From positions 1-11,579 of the forward strand of contig DASXQR010000203.1 of the NCBI GenBank assembly GCA_036507075.1: a stretch of DNA of 11,579 bases, in the 5' to 3' direction. A program made the translations under genes and the position numbers. Positions within the stretch are counted from its first letter, which is position 1; every line of letters starts with the position of its first letter. The notes beneath the pieces were generated by a model, which saw only the letters and a program-made list of their open reading frames with translations, was not told the origin of the DNA and ran no database searches. This DNA is from Acidobacteriota bacterium. Its GTDB lineage: Bacteria; Acidobacteriota; UBA6911; JACQSX01. This document shows positions 1 to 7,536 of this stretch, piece by piece.

Positions 1-1685
1 CCGAAGTTCAACGTTAGATTCCGCAGGGCCTTCCAACTGTCCCCCGCATACCAGGCAAAACGAGTATTGAGCTTTCCGCCGTATGGCAGATTGTGGGCCG
101 GCTTGATTGTGAAAAAACCGGAATTCGGCCCGGTGGAAAAATTTTCTAGCGGAAATTCCAGTGGATCCTGCAGGTTGCCGCCCCGGCGCCTGACTTGTTC
201 AATCGTATCCTTGTCATACGTTCCGGATATCGACAGCGGCCCCGCGAAGTTGGCAAATCCTCCCAGAAGGATTCGATTGACCTCAACGCCGTAGCGCAGC
301 ACATGCGAGCCCCAAACGTAGGTGCCGTCATACTTATGCTGCTTGTTATCCTGGTATGTTGCCTGCGGCGCCAGGGAATTCGGGCCGGCGCCAAAAGGTC
401 CTACACCGAGGGAATAGGGCAGTCCAAAAGAGGTACGCGGGAATTTGAGTGACAGTTCCTGTGACTCAATGCGATTGTTGAAGTTGACGTATCCAAAGCG
501 ATAGGAATTCGTCCAGCGTGACTTTGTGAAATCCAAGCCGACCGTGTGCACGATCGTCCAGTCGACGTTTTGGAAGGGAGATGCGCCATTGCCGCCAGTC
601 GAGAGATTGTCGTCCCAGCCAAACTTATAAAAGACACGCACAGCCGGACTTACATTCCAATCCAGGCGCTCGTGAAGCAAACGGATGTCGACTGGGAATC
701 CAGTGGTGAGGGTCAACTGTGGAAACTCCGGCACGTCCAATACATTTACCGATTTCTGCCAAGTACGCTCGCCGTTGGAGTACCAAAAAAGTTTCTCCTT
801 GATAAAGGGCCCGCCCACTGAATAACCCGCCTGGTGGCGGTTGAATGGTTCAACGTTCTTGTTGAAATTCAGCCGCGCTCCCATGTCTTGATTGCGGAAC
901 TGATAGAAGCCGTCTCCATGGATATCATTGCCTCCCGATTTGGTGATGATGCTGACCGCGCCTGAAGAGGTCAGTGACGTGGAAAGGTCCAGAGACGACT
1001 GGCTCAGCTGGAATTCCTGCACGGCCTCGGCAGAAATATTCGCCGTGGTAGTGCCGACCGTTTCATCTGTTACATCGATTCCGTCGATCTGAACTCTTGT
1101 TCCCGTTCCCGAACGCCCCAGCATGCCCACGGTACGGTAAGCAGCAGCCTTGGTCGGATCAATCGATTCACCATCGCGAATAATAACGCCAGGCGCCAGA
1201 GCGGCCAGATCCAAAAAATTACGGCCATTCAGCGGCAGTTGGCTGATCTGTGAAGCAGTGATGACTGTATCTACAGTCTGACGCACGGTGTCGACCTGCA
1301 CGGGGCTGGCGACCACTTCCACAGTTTGTTCGGGGCGTCCAACTTGCAACTGTATGCTGCCGTTGGCGACCTGTCCCGCCGAAACAGTCAGATTGTCGAG
1401 CACCTCTGTAGCGAAACCCGGCTGCTCCACTTTCACGCTGTACAAGCCGGGCAGCAGAAGCGAGACTGAATATCGCCCCTGATCGTCGGAAACCAGCGTG
1501 ATAGTTTTGCCGGTTGCCTTTTCAGTGATGGTAACCTGCGCGCCCGGTAAAACCGCTTTGGTGGCATCCGTGATGGTGCCCGAGATTGTACCCGTTGGAG
1601 TCTGGCCCAGAGCTGCAGGGCCAATCAGCGTGACAGCCCAAGCAAGAAACACTGCTAGCTTATATCGCCTGAATACATTTCCCAT
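1..1685 (-). CDS. TonB-dependent receptor with N-terminal carboxypeptidase-regulatory-like domain (partial, C-terminus beyond left edge)
   Basis: Translated by hand (absent from the ORF track because there is no stop in the window). ATG at 1685 with AGGAGG at 1696-1691. Reads MGNVFRRYKLAVFLAWAVTLIGPAALGQTPTGTISGTITDATKAVLPGAQVTITEKATG..., then plug motifs 'ISQLPLNGRNFLDLAALAPGV', 'EAVQEFQL', 'ITKSGGNDIHGDGFYQFRN', and barrel motif 'WYAGDSWKALRNLTLNFG' at the window edge. Confidence 0.93.
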   Translation of the reverse strand, partial: MGNVFRRYKLAVFLAWAVTLIGPAALGQTPTGTISGTITDATKAVLPGAQVTITEKATGKTITLVSDDQGRYSVSLLLPGLYSVKVEQPGFATEVLDNLTVSAGQVANGSIQLQVGRPEQTVEVVASPVQVDTVRQTVDTVITASQISQLPLNGRNFLDLAALAPGVIIRDGESIDPTKAAAYRTVGMLGRSGTGTRVQIDGIDVTDETVGTTTANISAEAVQEFQLSQSSLDLSTSLTSSGAVSIITKSGGNDIHGDGFYQFRNQDMGARLNFNKNVEPFNRHQAGYSVGGPFIKEKLFWYSNGERTWQKSVNVLDVPEFPQLTLTTGFPVDIRLLHERLDWNVSPAVRVFYKFGWDDNLSTGGNGASPFQNVDWTIVHTVGLDFTKSRWTNSYRFGYVNFNNRIESQELSLKFPRTSFGLPYSLGVGPFGAGPNSLAPQATYQDNKQHKYDGTYVWGSHVLRYGVEVNRILLGGFANFAGPLSISGTYDKDTIEQVRRRGGNLQDPLEFPLENFSTGPNSGFFTIKPAHNLPYGGKLNTRFAWYAGDSWKALRNLTLNF

Positions 1686-1725
1686 TTCACCCTCCTAAGA
1701 TGAAATTTGAACTTAACTTAACAAT

Positions 1726-1777
1726 ATAAAGCGGAAAGTATTATCAACCTCATAAAGCGGAAAGTATTATCAACCTC
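1726..1777. repeat. Exact 26-bp tandem duplication (ATAAAGCGGAAAGTATTATCAACCTC x2) in the AT-rich spacer between the two receptor genes
   Basis: Copies at 1726-1751 and 1752-1777 are identical and directly adjacent. Confidence 0.95.
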
Positions 1778-1808
1778 GCAATCCTTGATCGAGTGCTCAA
1801 CCCACACT

Positions 1809-4800
1809 CTAGAAATATAACTTCCCCGCAATCTGCAGAAACCGCGGGAAGTTGTTCTGCGACTTCGGCAGGCGTCCGAATGTGGCGCTGGTAAAACCCG
1901 TGTCCACGTTGCCGCGAATCGGATGATTGGTCGCGTTGAATGCTTCCAGGCGGAACTGGACCCGGTAACGCTCGGCGAAATGCATTGTCTTTTCCACCGC
2001 CGCGTTCAACTGCGGCCCTACAGCCGGTTGCCGGATGTCGGAGAAACGATCCGGAATCGTGCGCAGGCTGTTTGTGGGGAACTGCACATAGCAGCTCTTG
2101 TCATTGTTGAACCAATGATCCTCATCCTGTTTGGCAGCGTGCCAGCTTGAACAGTTGTTTATAAGATTTGGCCAACCGACGGGATAACCGGACAGGTAGG
2201 TGTAGATCCAGTCAAAACGCCAGTTGCTGACAATCGCCCGCGCCAGCGGGTTGCCGACATCGAATCTTCGGTTTGCCCCAAAAGGCAAATCCCAGACTCC
2301 GCTGAACGCGATATTCTGCGGCTTGTCCTGGAAGTCAATCTCGCGAATGGGCGGCTCTTTGTCGTTCCAGTCATTCAAGCGATGGTTCTGCTCGTAGGAC
2401 TTTGAGAACGTATAGGAAAGCACCCAGGTCAGGACGCCCGTCTTGCTGCTCTCACCAAACGTTCTTCTCTCGACCTTCACCTGGAGAGCGTCAGAACGGT
2501 ACTTTCCCTGCTGAACCAGATTGTTCGTGATGGAGCCCGAGAAAATCGGGTCTGGTCTGAGCAGCGTGCCACCTGTAGTAGTGGCGCTGCCGCCGAGGCC
2601 GGTTGTCACCGGAAGAATGCCGAAAAATGGATTCGGCAGCGTGCGGTTGTAGTAACTCGGATCGGCTATCGCAATCTGCTGATTGGCCAGACTCTGGTGA
2701 TTCATGTCATAGCCGAAGTCAATGTGGTTTTGGTAATTGCCGGCGAATGAAACCTCCCCCACAATGCCGTATGGCAATTGTTGCTGGATTCCAAAGGAGT
2801 ACTGATAAGTACGGGGAATCCGGTAATGAGGAGGATCGAAACTGATTCCGCCTCCGATGCCGGTCAGCGCGCCCGCGCTCGATCCGGGCGGCACGGCAAG
2901 CCCATTCGGGAACGGATTCACAAGCGAGTAGGGACCGTTCAGGCGTGCAGACGGAGTCAAGCCGCCATCAAGCGAAGTAGTATAGGGCGTGCTCTGGGAA
3001 AACCCGAACGTGGTGTTGTTCTGCGTCGGCGATTGATAGTAAACGCCGCCGCCGGCGCGAATGACCGTATTTCCCCGCACTCGCCAGGCAATACCGACGC
3101 GCGGGGCGAAGTTGGTCCAGTCAGTTTCGTAAATCCGGCGCGGTTGTCCATCGACACCGGGGAACAGGATGGCGCCAGTCAGGGCTGCGGGCGGAGCTGG
3201 ATACTTGTACTTGGCGTTGGGATTGGCCTTATCATAGTCGGCCTTCAGCTTGGCCCAATTGGCCAGAATCTGGTCGCTGAGCGGGCTCTTGACGCTCGGG
3301 TCAAATCCCCGGTTGGTGCGATTGTAACGCTCCAGCCAGGGAACCTGCACGTCATAGCGCAGGCCGAGATTCAAAGTCACGCTCGGGCTGACCTTCCAAT
3401 CATCCTGCACATAAAGCCCGTAATAGGGGCGGGTGCGATAGAACGTGTTGTTGTAAGCGATACTCCCGCCGGTTGGCGTGCCCAGCAACATAGTCGCTGC
3501 CGTACTTCCATCGGTTGCATTCAGCCTGCGGGCAGGAAGCTGTTGCGTCCAGCCCGGAGAAAACTGGAATGTGCCGTTCGATGCGCCGAGATTAATGTCG
3601 GCGCGCGCCACATAGTTGATCTCGAAGCCGCTGCGGAGTGTGTGCCTGCCTCGATTCATGCTCAGGCTTGGCGTAAAGTTCCACTGATTGTACGTATTCC
3701 AGGTGAAGACGCTGCCCGTCGAAAAAATCCTGGTGTACTCGCTCCCGCCGCCGTCATTAATGGTCGGCACGACGTCAAACTCCGACGTGGGCGAGTGGAT
3801 CATTTCGGTCATTCCGATGCTTTTGGCGGAAAGGCTCAAATCACTGGGGCCTGGAGTTGTTTGCGTGAAGCGACCGAAGGAGGCGCGGAAATCCAGCACC
3901 GTGGTAGGCGACATGACATGCGTTTCACTGAGAATGATATTCATGTCGAACCGTTCGTTGTTCACATTGCCGTTTGCGGCAGGTTTGCCGAAGCCCGTGC
4001 TGTCGCGGTATTCGAAGCCCTGCTGATACGTCCACATGGCGTTGAGCTTGTCGTTTGGCCCAAAGACATGGTCCCACCGCACCATCGGTTGCTGGTAGTA
4101 ATACCGGCCAAGATTTCCTGCGGCGACAAAGTTGTTATTCAGTCCCGGTGCGTTCGGGGCAGGATAATAAGAGAGAATCTTGGCGCCGACCGGGCTGAGG
4201 CGATTTGCCGGGATCACATTGCCCGGGAATTGATCGCGGATGTAGGTCTGGCCTTGACATACCGCAGTCGTCTCACCAGGTTTCGTCCCGCAAACATGGA
4301 TTGTGAGCGGATCGTAAACCTTATAGCCTAAATCGGTGAAATGCTGGCCGTCTCGCAGGAGCACCGGAGCAGTGCTCGAGACAGCCGGGAATGGAACTAC
4401 TTCCTGCCAGCCTTCAAAGCTGCCGAAAATAAAATCCTTGTCCTTGCGAATCGGACCTCCCGCAACTCCACCGAACTGATGCTGGTTGTGGAAACCCTTG
4501 GGGCCGTGAATGGTGTTGTTCTGGAAACTGTTGGCGTCGAAAATTCGGTTGCGCCAGTATTCAAAGATGTCGCCGTGCCAGTTGTTGGATCCCGACTTGA
4601 TGGTTGTGTTGACCACTCCGCCGCCGAAACGACCGTATCCGGCGTCATAGGTGTTGGTCATCACCTTGAATTCCTGCACCGCCTCGACATTAGGCGCAAG
4701 CTGCCAGGAGCCGCCGTTATTACTGATGGGGGCGCCATTCAGCAGGAACAGGTTCTGTCCTGTGCGGGCGCCGTTGATCCGGTAGGAACTGTTTACGTCC

Positions 4801-5342
4801 CAGCCACGCGTGCCGGAGAAACCGCTCGAGCCGAATTGCTCCTGGGTGAAGATCACGCCCGGCGTCAGTGACATCAACATGTAGGTCTGGCGCCCGTTGA
4901 GCGGATACTCCTGGACCTTGATCGGGTCGTAGACCAGGCCGCGGTCGGCCGAGCCGGTTTCGATCAGTTCCTGCTCGCCGACTACCGTGATCGCCTGGCT
5001 GATCTCGCCTATTTTCAGCTTCAGCGGCAGATTCAGCTTGTCGGCGACGCGCAGCACGATCCCTTCCCGTCTCAACGGGGCAAATCCAGCCAGAGACGCC
5101 TCGACGTTGTACGTACCCGGAGTCAGATAAGGAAGCGTGTAGTAGCCCTCATCATTGGTGATCGCTTCGACGGTTTCATTCGTTCCGACGTTGACCGCCT
5201 TGACGGTGACGCCTGGCAGAGCGGCGTTGCTTGGATCGGTTACCTGCCCGCTGATGGTGGCGCGGAAATCCTGACCAAGCAAAACAATCGCTGCCAGTTG
5301 AAGAGCAAATAAGAAAGGAAGCAAACGGAGCGCGCGATGCAT
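1809..5342 (-). CDS. TonB-dependent receptor (Oar-like) with carboxypeptidase-regulatory-like N-terminal domain, about 1177 aa
   Basis: ORF 1809..5576 re-started at ATG 5342 (MHRALRLLPFLFALQLAAIVLLGQDFRATISGQVTD, a signal peptide), with GGGGGA RBS just upstream. Motifs 'YPLNGRQTYMLMSLTPGV', 'EAVQEFKVMTNTYDAGYG', 'YVQDDWKVSPSVTLNLGLRYD', 'NFAPRVGIAW', 'QFRLEAFNATNHP'. Ends in 'QIAGKLYF' with the terminal Phe typical of outer-membrane barrels. Confidence 0.95.
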   Translation of the reverse strand: MHRALRLLPFLFALQLAAIVLLGQDFRATISGQVTDPSNAALPGVTVKAVNVGTNETVEAITNDEGYYTLPYLTPGTYNVEASLAGFAPLRREGIVLRVADKLNLPLKLKIGEISQAITVVGEQELIETGSADRGLVYDPIKVQEYPLNGRQTYMLMSLTPGVIFTQEQFGSSGFSGTRGWDVNSSYRINGARTGQNLFLLNGAPISNNGGSWQLAPNVEAVQEFKVMTNTYDAGYGRFGGGVVNTTIKSGSNNWHGDIFEYWRNRIFDANSFQNNTIHGPKGFHNQHQFGGVAGGPIRKDKDFIFGSFEGWQEVVPFPAVSSTAPVLLRDGQHFTDLGYKVYDPLTIHVCGTKPGETTAVCQGQTYIRDQFPGNVIPANRLSPVGAKILSYYPAPNAPGLNNNFVAAGNLGRYYYQQPMVRWDHVFGPNDKLNAMWTYQQGFEYRDSTGFGKPAANGNVNNERFDMNIILSETHVMSPTTVLDFRASFGRFTQTTPGPSDLSLSAKSIGMTEMIHSPTSEFDVVPTINDGGGSEYTRIFSTGSVFTWNTYNQWNFTPSLSMNRGRHTLRSGFEINYVARADINLGASNGTFQFSPGWTQQLPARRLNATDGSTAATMLLGTPTGGSIAYNNTFYRTRPYYGLYVQDDWKVSPSVTLNLGLRYDVQVPWLERYNRTNRGFDPSVKSPLSDQILANWAKLKADYDKANPNAKYKYPAPPAALTGAILFPGVDGQPRRIYETDWTNFAPRVGIAWRVRGNTVIRAGGGVYYQSPTQNNTTFGFSQSTPYTTSLDGGLTPSARLNGPYSLVNPFPNGLAVPPGSSAGALTGIGGGISFDPPHYRIPRTYQYSFGIQQQLPYGIVGEVSFAGNYQNHIDFGYDMNHQSLANQQIAIADPSYYNRTLPNPFFGILPVTTGLGGSATTTGGTLLRPDPIFSGSITNNLVQQGKYRSDALQVKVERRTFGESSKTGVLTWVLSYTFSKSYEQNHRLNDWNDKEPPIREIDFQDKPQNIAFSGVWDLPFGANRRFDVGNPLARAIVSNWRFDWIYTYLSGYPVGWPNLINNCSSWHAAKQDEDHWFNNDKSCYVQFPTNSLRTIPDRFSDIRQPAVGPQLNAAVEKTMHFAERYRVQFRLEAFNATNHPIRGNVDTGFTSATFGRLPKSQNNFPRFLQIAGKLYF

Positions 5343-5451
5343 AGATCCCCCTGACGTGTTCGATGAGGTGACAAGCACTTCCTGTAGCGCGGAAGTCCGG
5401 TCATGCGAATAACCCGTTCCAATACCGGCGGCATCCTTGAGGTCCGACACA

Positions 5452-5480
5452 AGCATATCAACCCGTCTGTGTGCGTGCAA
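5452..5480 (-). promoter_or_regulatory. Putative sigma70-type promoter of the TonB receptor genes
   Basis: Minus strand reads TTGCAC (5480-5475), 17 nt, then TATGCT (5457-5452) with an extended -10 TG (TGaTATGCT), about 110 nt upstream of ATG 5342. Confidence 0.55.
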
Positions 5481-5619
5481 GACTGGCAATCCTGCCGAAA
5501 CACAACTCATCCAAAAAACTGAATCAGAAAAGGGGGTCGGATTGACCGCGGCGGCAGTATCAATTCTTCGTTTCAAATTGAGTACCTATAGAGTTACGCT
5601 TAAAGCGACATTTTCTGAC

Positions 5620-5738
5620 GTAGAGACGCGGCATGCCGCGTCTGAGTTGGACGCGACATGTCGCGTCCGTGGCGCCGCAACGCGGCGCTGAGCGCGATTT
5701 TTCGCGCCCGACTCAGACGCGATGTATCGTGTCTCTAC
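5620..5738. repeat. GTAG-type REP doublet / REPIN-like element with five hairpins
   Basis: Left arm GTAGAGACGCGGCATGCCGCGTCTGAGTTGG (5620-5650) is an imperfect inverted repeat of the right arm (reverse complement GTAGAGACACGATACATCGCGTCTGAGTCGG, 5738-5708). Each arm is GTAG plus its own palindrome. Internal palindromes: GGACGCGACATGTCGCGTCC, GCGCCGC-AAC-GCGGCGC, GCGCGA-TTTT-TCGCGC. Confidence 0.8.
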
Positions 5739-5788
5739 AGGCCCGCTGAAAACGCGCCGGCCCGGTCGCTTTCTTATATGAGGCCTTT

Positions 5789-6847
5789 ATGTCAAAACTC
5801 ATGGGCGCGGCAGTCGCCGCGTTGCTTATCAGTTCCGTTACGGCAAACGCCGCTGCCAAAGAGAGGACAACCCTGACTGTGGGAACGGTTTCAACCACGC
5901 CGGGCCAGAAGACCAGCGGGAGAATCGAGGTCCCTGCGGCATCGGATGCCGGCACCAGCATTCCGGTAGTCGTGGTCAACGGTGTGAAGCCGGGACCTGT
6001 TCTGGCCATCGTATCAGGCGCGCACGGCACCGAGTACGCCTCGATCATCGCGGTAGAAAAGCTCATCCTTCAGCTCGATCCTGCGCAGATGTCAGGCGCT
6101 GTGATCCTGGTGCCGCTGGTCAACATTGCTTCCTTTGAGCAGAAGGTTCCCCACGTCAACCCGGTGGACGGCAAGAGCATGAACCGGATGTACCCGGGAC
6201 GAACCGACGGCACGCAGACTGAACGGGCATCCTATCTGATCACCAAACAGGTGGTGGAGCAAAGCGACCATCTGATCGACTTGCACGGCGGCGATCTTGA
6301 CGAGAGCCTCAGACCTTACAGCTATTGGACCAAGTCCGGCAACGAAAAGCAGGATGCAATCTCACGCGAGATGGTGCTGGCCTTCGGGCTCGATCACATA
6401 ATCATCTCCGCCGATCGCCCCAAGGATCCCAACGCCTCACGCTACCTGGAGAACACGGCCACCACGCGCGGCAAGCCGTCTATTACCGCTGAAGCCGGTC
6501 ACGCCGGAACCGTGGAGCCTGCAGACGTCGACGCCCTGGTGAACGGCTGCCTGAGCGTGATGCGCTATCTGAAAATTCTGCCAGGACAGCCCGCGATGAT
6601 CGAGCATCCCGTCTGGGTGGAGAAAGCGATCACGATTGCCAGCGAACAAACCGGCATTTTTTATCCACTGGTGCGGCGCGGAACCTACGCCGAGCAGGGG
6701 ATGAAGATCGGCTACGTCACCGATTACGTAGGAAAGATTGTCTACGAGGCACGCGCATCGGAGGCAGGCGTCGTGCTTTACATTTGCGCCGTGCCCTCGA
6801 TGACCAAAGGCGCGACGGTGGCCAGCATCGGAGTGATACGTCGCTAG
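5789..6847 (+). CDS. M14-family zinc metallo-hydrolase, succinylglutamate desuccinylase/aspartoacylase (AstE/AspA) family, with signal peptide
   Basis: 352 aa. GAGG RBS. N-terminal hydrophobic leader ending 'ANA/AA'. Zinc and catalytic motifs 'GAHGTE', 'MNR', 'IDLHGG', 'ITAEAG'. C-terminal biotin/lipoyl-attachment-like hairpin domain. Confidence 0.9.
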   Translation: MSKLMGAAVAALLISSVTANAAAKERTTLTVGTVSTTPGQKTSGRIEVPAASDAGTSIPVVVVNGVKPGPVLAIVSGAHGTEYASIIAVEKLILQLDPAQMSGAVILVPLVNIASFEQKVPHVNPVDGKSMNRMYPGRTDGTQTERASYLITKQVVEQSDHLIDLHGGDLDESLRPYSYWTKSGNEKQDAISREMVLAFGLDHIIISADRPKDPNASRYLENTATTRGKPSITAEAGHAGTVEPADVDALVNGCLSVMRYLKILPGQPAMIEHPVWVEKAITIASEQTGIFYPLVRRGTYAEQGMKIGYVTDYVGKIVYEARASEAGVVLYICAVPSMTKGATVASIGVIRR

Positions 6848-7227
6848 CCGGCAGGAAACAGCTTCAGTCCACCATATCGCGCAAAGTGCCTGAAGTCGCC
6901 ATCTCGCGTAATCAGGCCGATGTCATGATCCAGGCAAGACTGCGCAATCAACGCATCCGCCAGACGCGCTCTGAGGCCCTTCGTGATGACTTTGGCTCGA
7001 AGAGCGCCTGATCTCTGCCAATAGCCCTCGGAAACCTCTAAGACAGGCACCGCCTTTAAAAGCTTGCTGACTGACTTGGGCAGTTTGGGATCACTCAGGG
7101 CTTCCGTCAAAACCACCGGCGGGAAAATCACCTGCTTGTCTTGAAGCGCCAGGTCTACAAGCTCTACGTCCCTCCCCGGCAGGCCCGCCAGAAATGCAAT
7201 CAGCGAACTGGTGTCGACGGCAATCAC
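6844..7227 (-). CDS. vapC: PIN-domain ribonuclease toxin (VapC family)
   Basis: 127 aa from GTG. PIN acidic motifs 'VDTSS', 'VLTEALS', 'LADALIAQSC', 'LITRDGDFRHF'. Starts 2 nt after the stop of the small upstream gene. Confidence 0.9.
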   Translation of the reverse strand: MIAVDTSSLIAFLAGLPGRDVELVDLALQDKQVIFPPVVLTEALSDPKLPKSVSKLLKAVPVLEVSEGYWQRSGALRAKVITKGLRARLADALIAQSCLDHDIGLITRDGDFRHFARYGGLKLFPAG

Positions 7228-7229
7228 GT

Positions 7230-7427
7230 TCAGTCTGCCCGCAGTTCGTCAAGTTTGATGGAGAATTTTATCTTACCCCTTAGCCGCCGCAACTTTTCGT
7301 AAGCCTGGCCCGCAGCCACCAGCTCCAGACCCTGCCTCACGGTGGCCGTTACTCCCCTGCCTGTCGACTGCTGTGCTTTCCGCAAAACATTGTCCGGAAC
7401 ATGCACAGTGATTTTTCGCACCTTCAT
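7230..7427 (-). CDS. Putative antitoxin (VapB-like, ribbon-helix-helix type N-terminus), 65 aa
   Basis: MKVRKITVHVPDNVLRKAQQSTGRGVTATVRQGLELVAAGQAYEKLRRLRGKIKFSIKLDELRAD. Beta-strand/helix/helix pattern and a 'LRGK...LDELR' tail typical of VapB. Directly upstream of the PIN gene. Start trimmed from ORF 7230..7616 to ATG 7427. Confidence 0.8.
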   Translation of the reverse strand: MKVRKITVHVPDNVLRKAQQSTGRGVTATVRQGLELVAAGQAYEKLRRLRGKIKFSIKLDELRAD

Positions 7428-7434
7428 ACTGCGA

Positions 7435-7463
7435 ATAATACCAGCAGCAATACCAGAACTCAA
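7435..7463 (-). promoter_or_regulatory. Sigma70 promoter of vapBC with overlapping 8-bp direct repeats (candidate operator); likely leaderless mRNA
   Basis: Minus strand TTGAGT (7463-7458), 17 nt, TATTAT (7440-7435) with extended TG. Only 7 nt from the -10 to ATG 7427 and no Shine-Dalgarno. AATACCAG occurs at 7437-7444 and 7449-7456. Confidence 0.7.
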
Positions 7464-7536
7464 TATGGCATGATCTTCTGAGTCATCCCCTTCGGTAATA
7501 TTCGCGCGGTAACCGGTACGGTCAATTGACCTACGG

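Noticed and set aside
67..1698. Short ORFs in the track at the left end
   Set aside because: All overlap the continuous minus-strand TonB receptor frame starting at 1685.
2778..4331. 517-aa plus-strand ORF (and 4341..4871)
   Set aside because: Antisense shadows of the TonB receptor in GC-rich DNA, with no recognisable motifs.
5343..5576. 78-aa N-terminal extension of the TonB receptor in the ORF track
   Set aside because: The signal peptide and RBS begin at ATG 5342, and a good promoter lies inside the supposed extension.
5343..5620. Riboswitch (cobalamin/TPP) or sigma54 promoter upstream of the receptor
   Set aside because: No conserved riboswitch cores recognised by eye. The TGGAAC...GC candidate has 12 rather than 10 nt between GG and GC. 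An Infernal/Rfam scan would be decisive.
5620..5738. tRNA or intrinsic terminator interpretation of the cloverleaf-like element
   Set aside because: No T-loop (TTCRA) or D-loop signatures and no CCA end. It lies between divergent gene starts and has no terminal U-tract.
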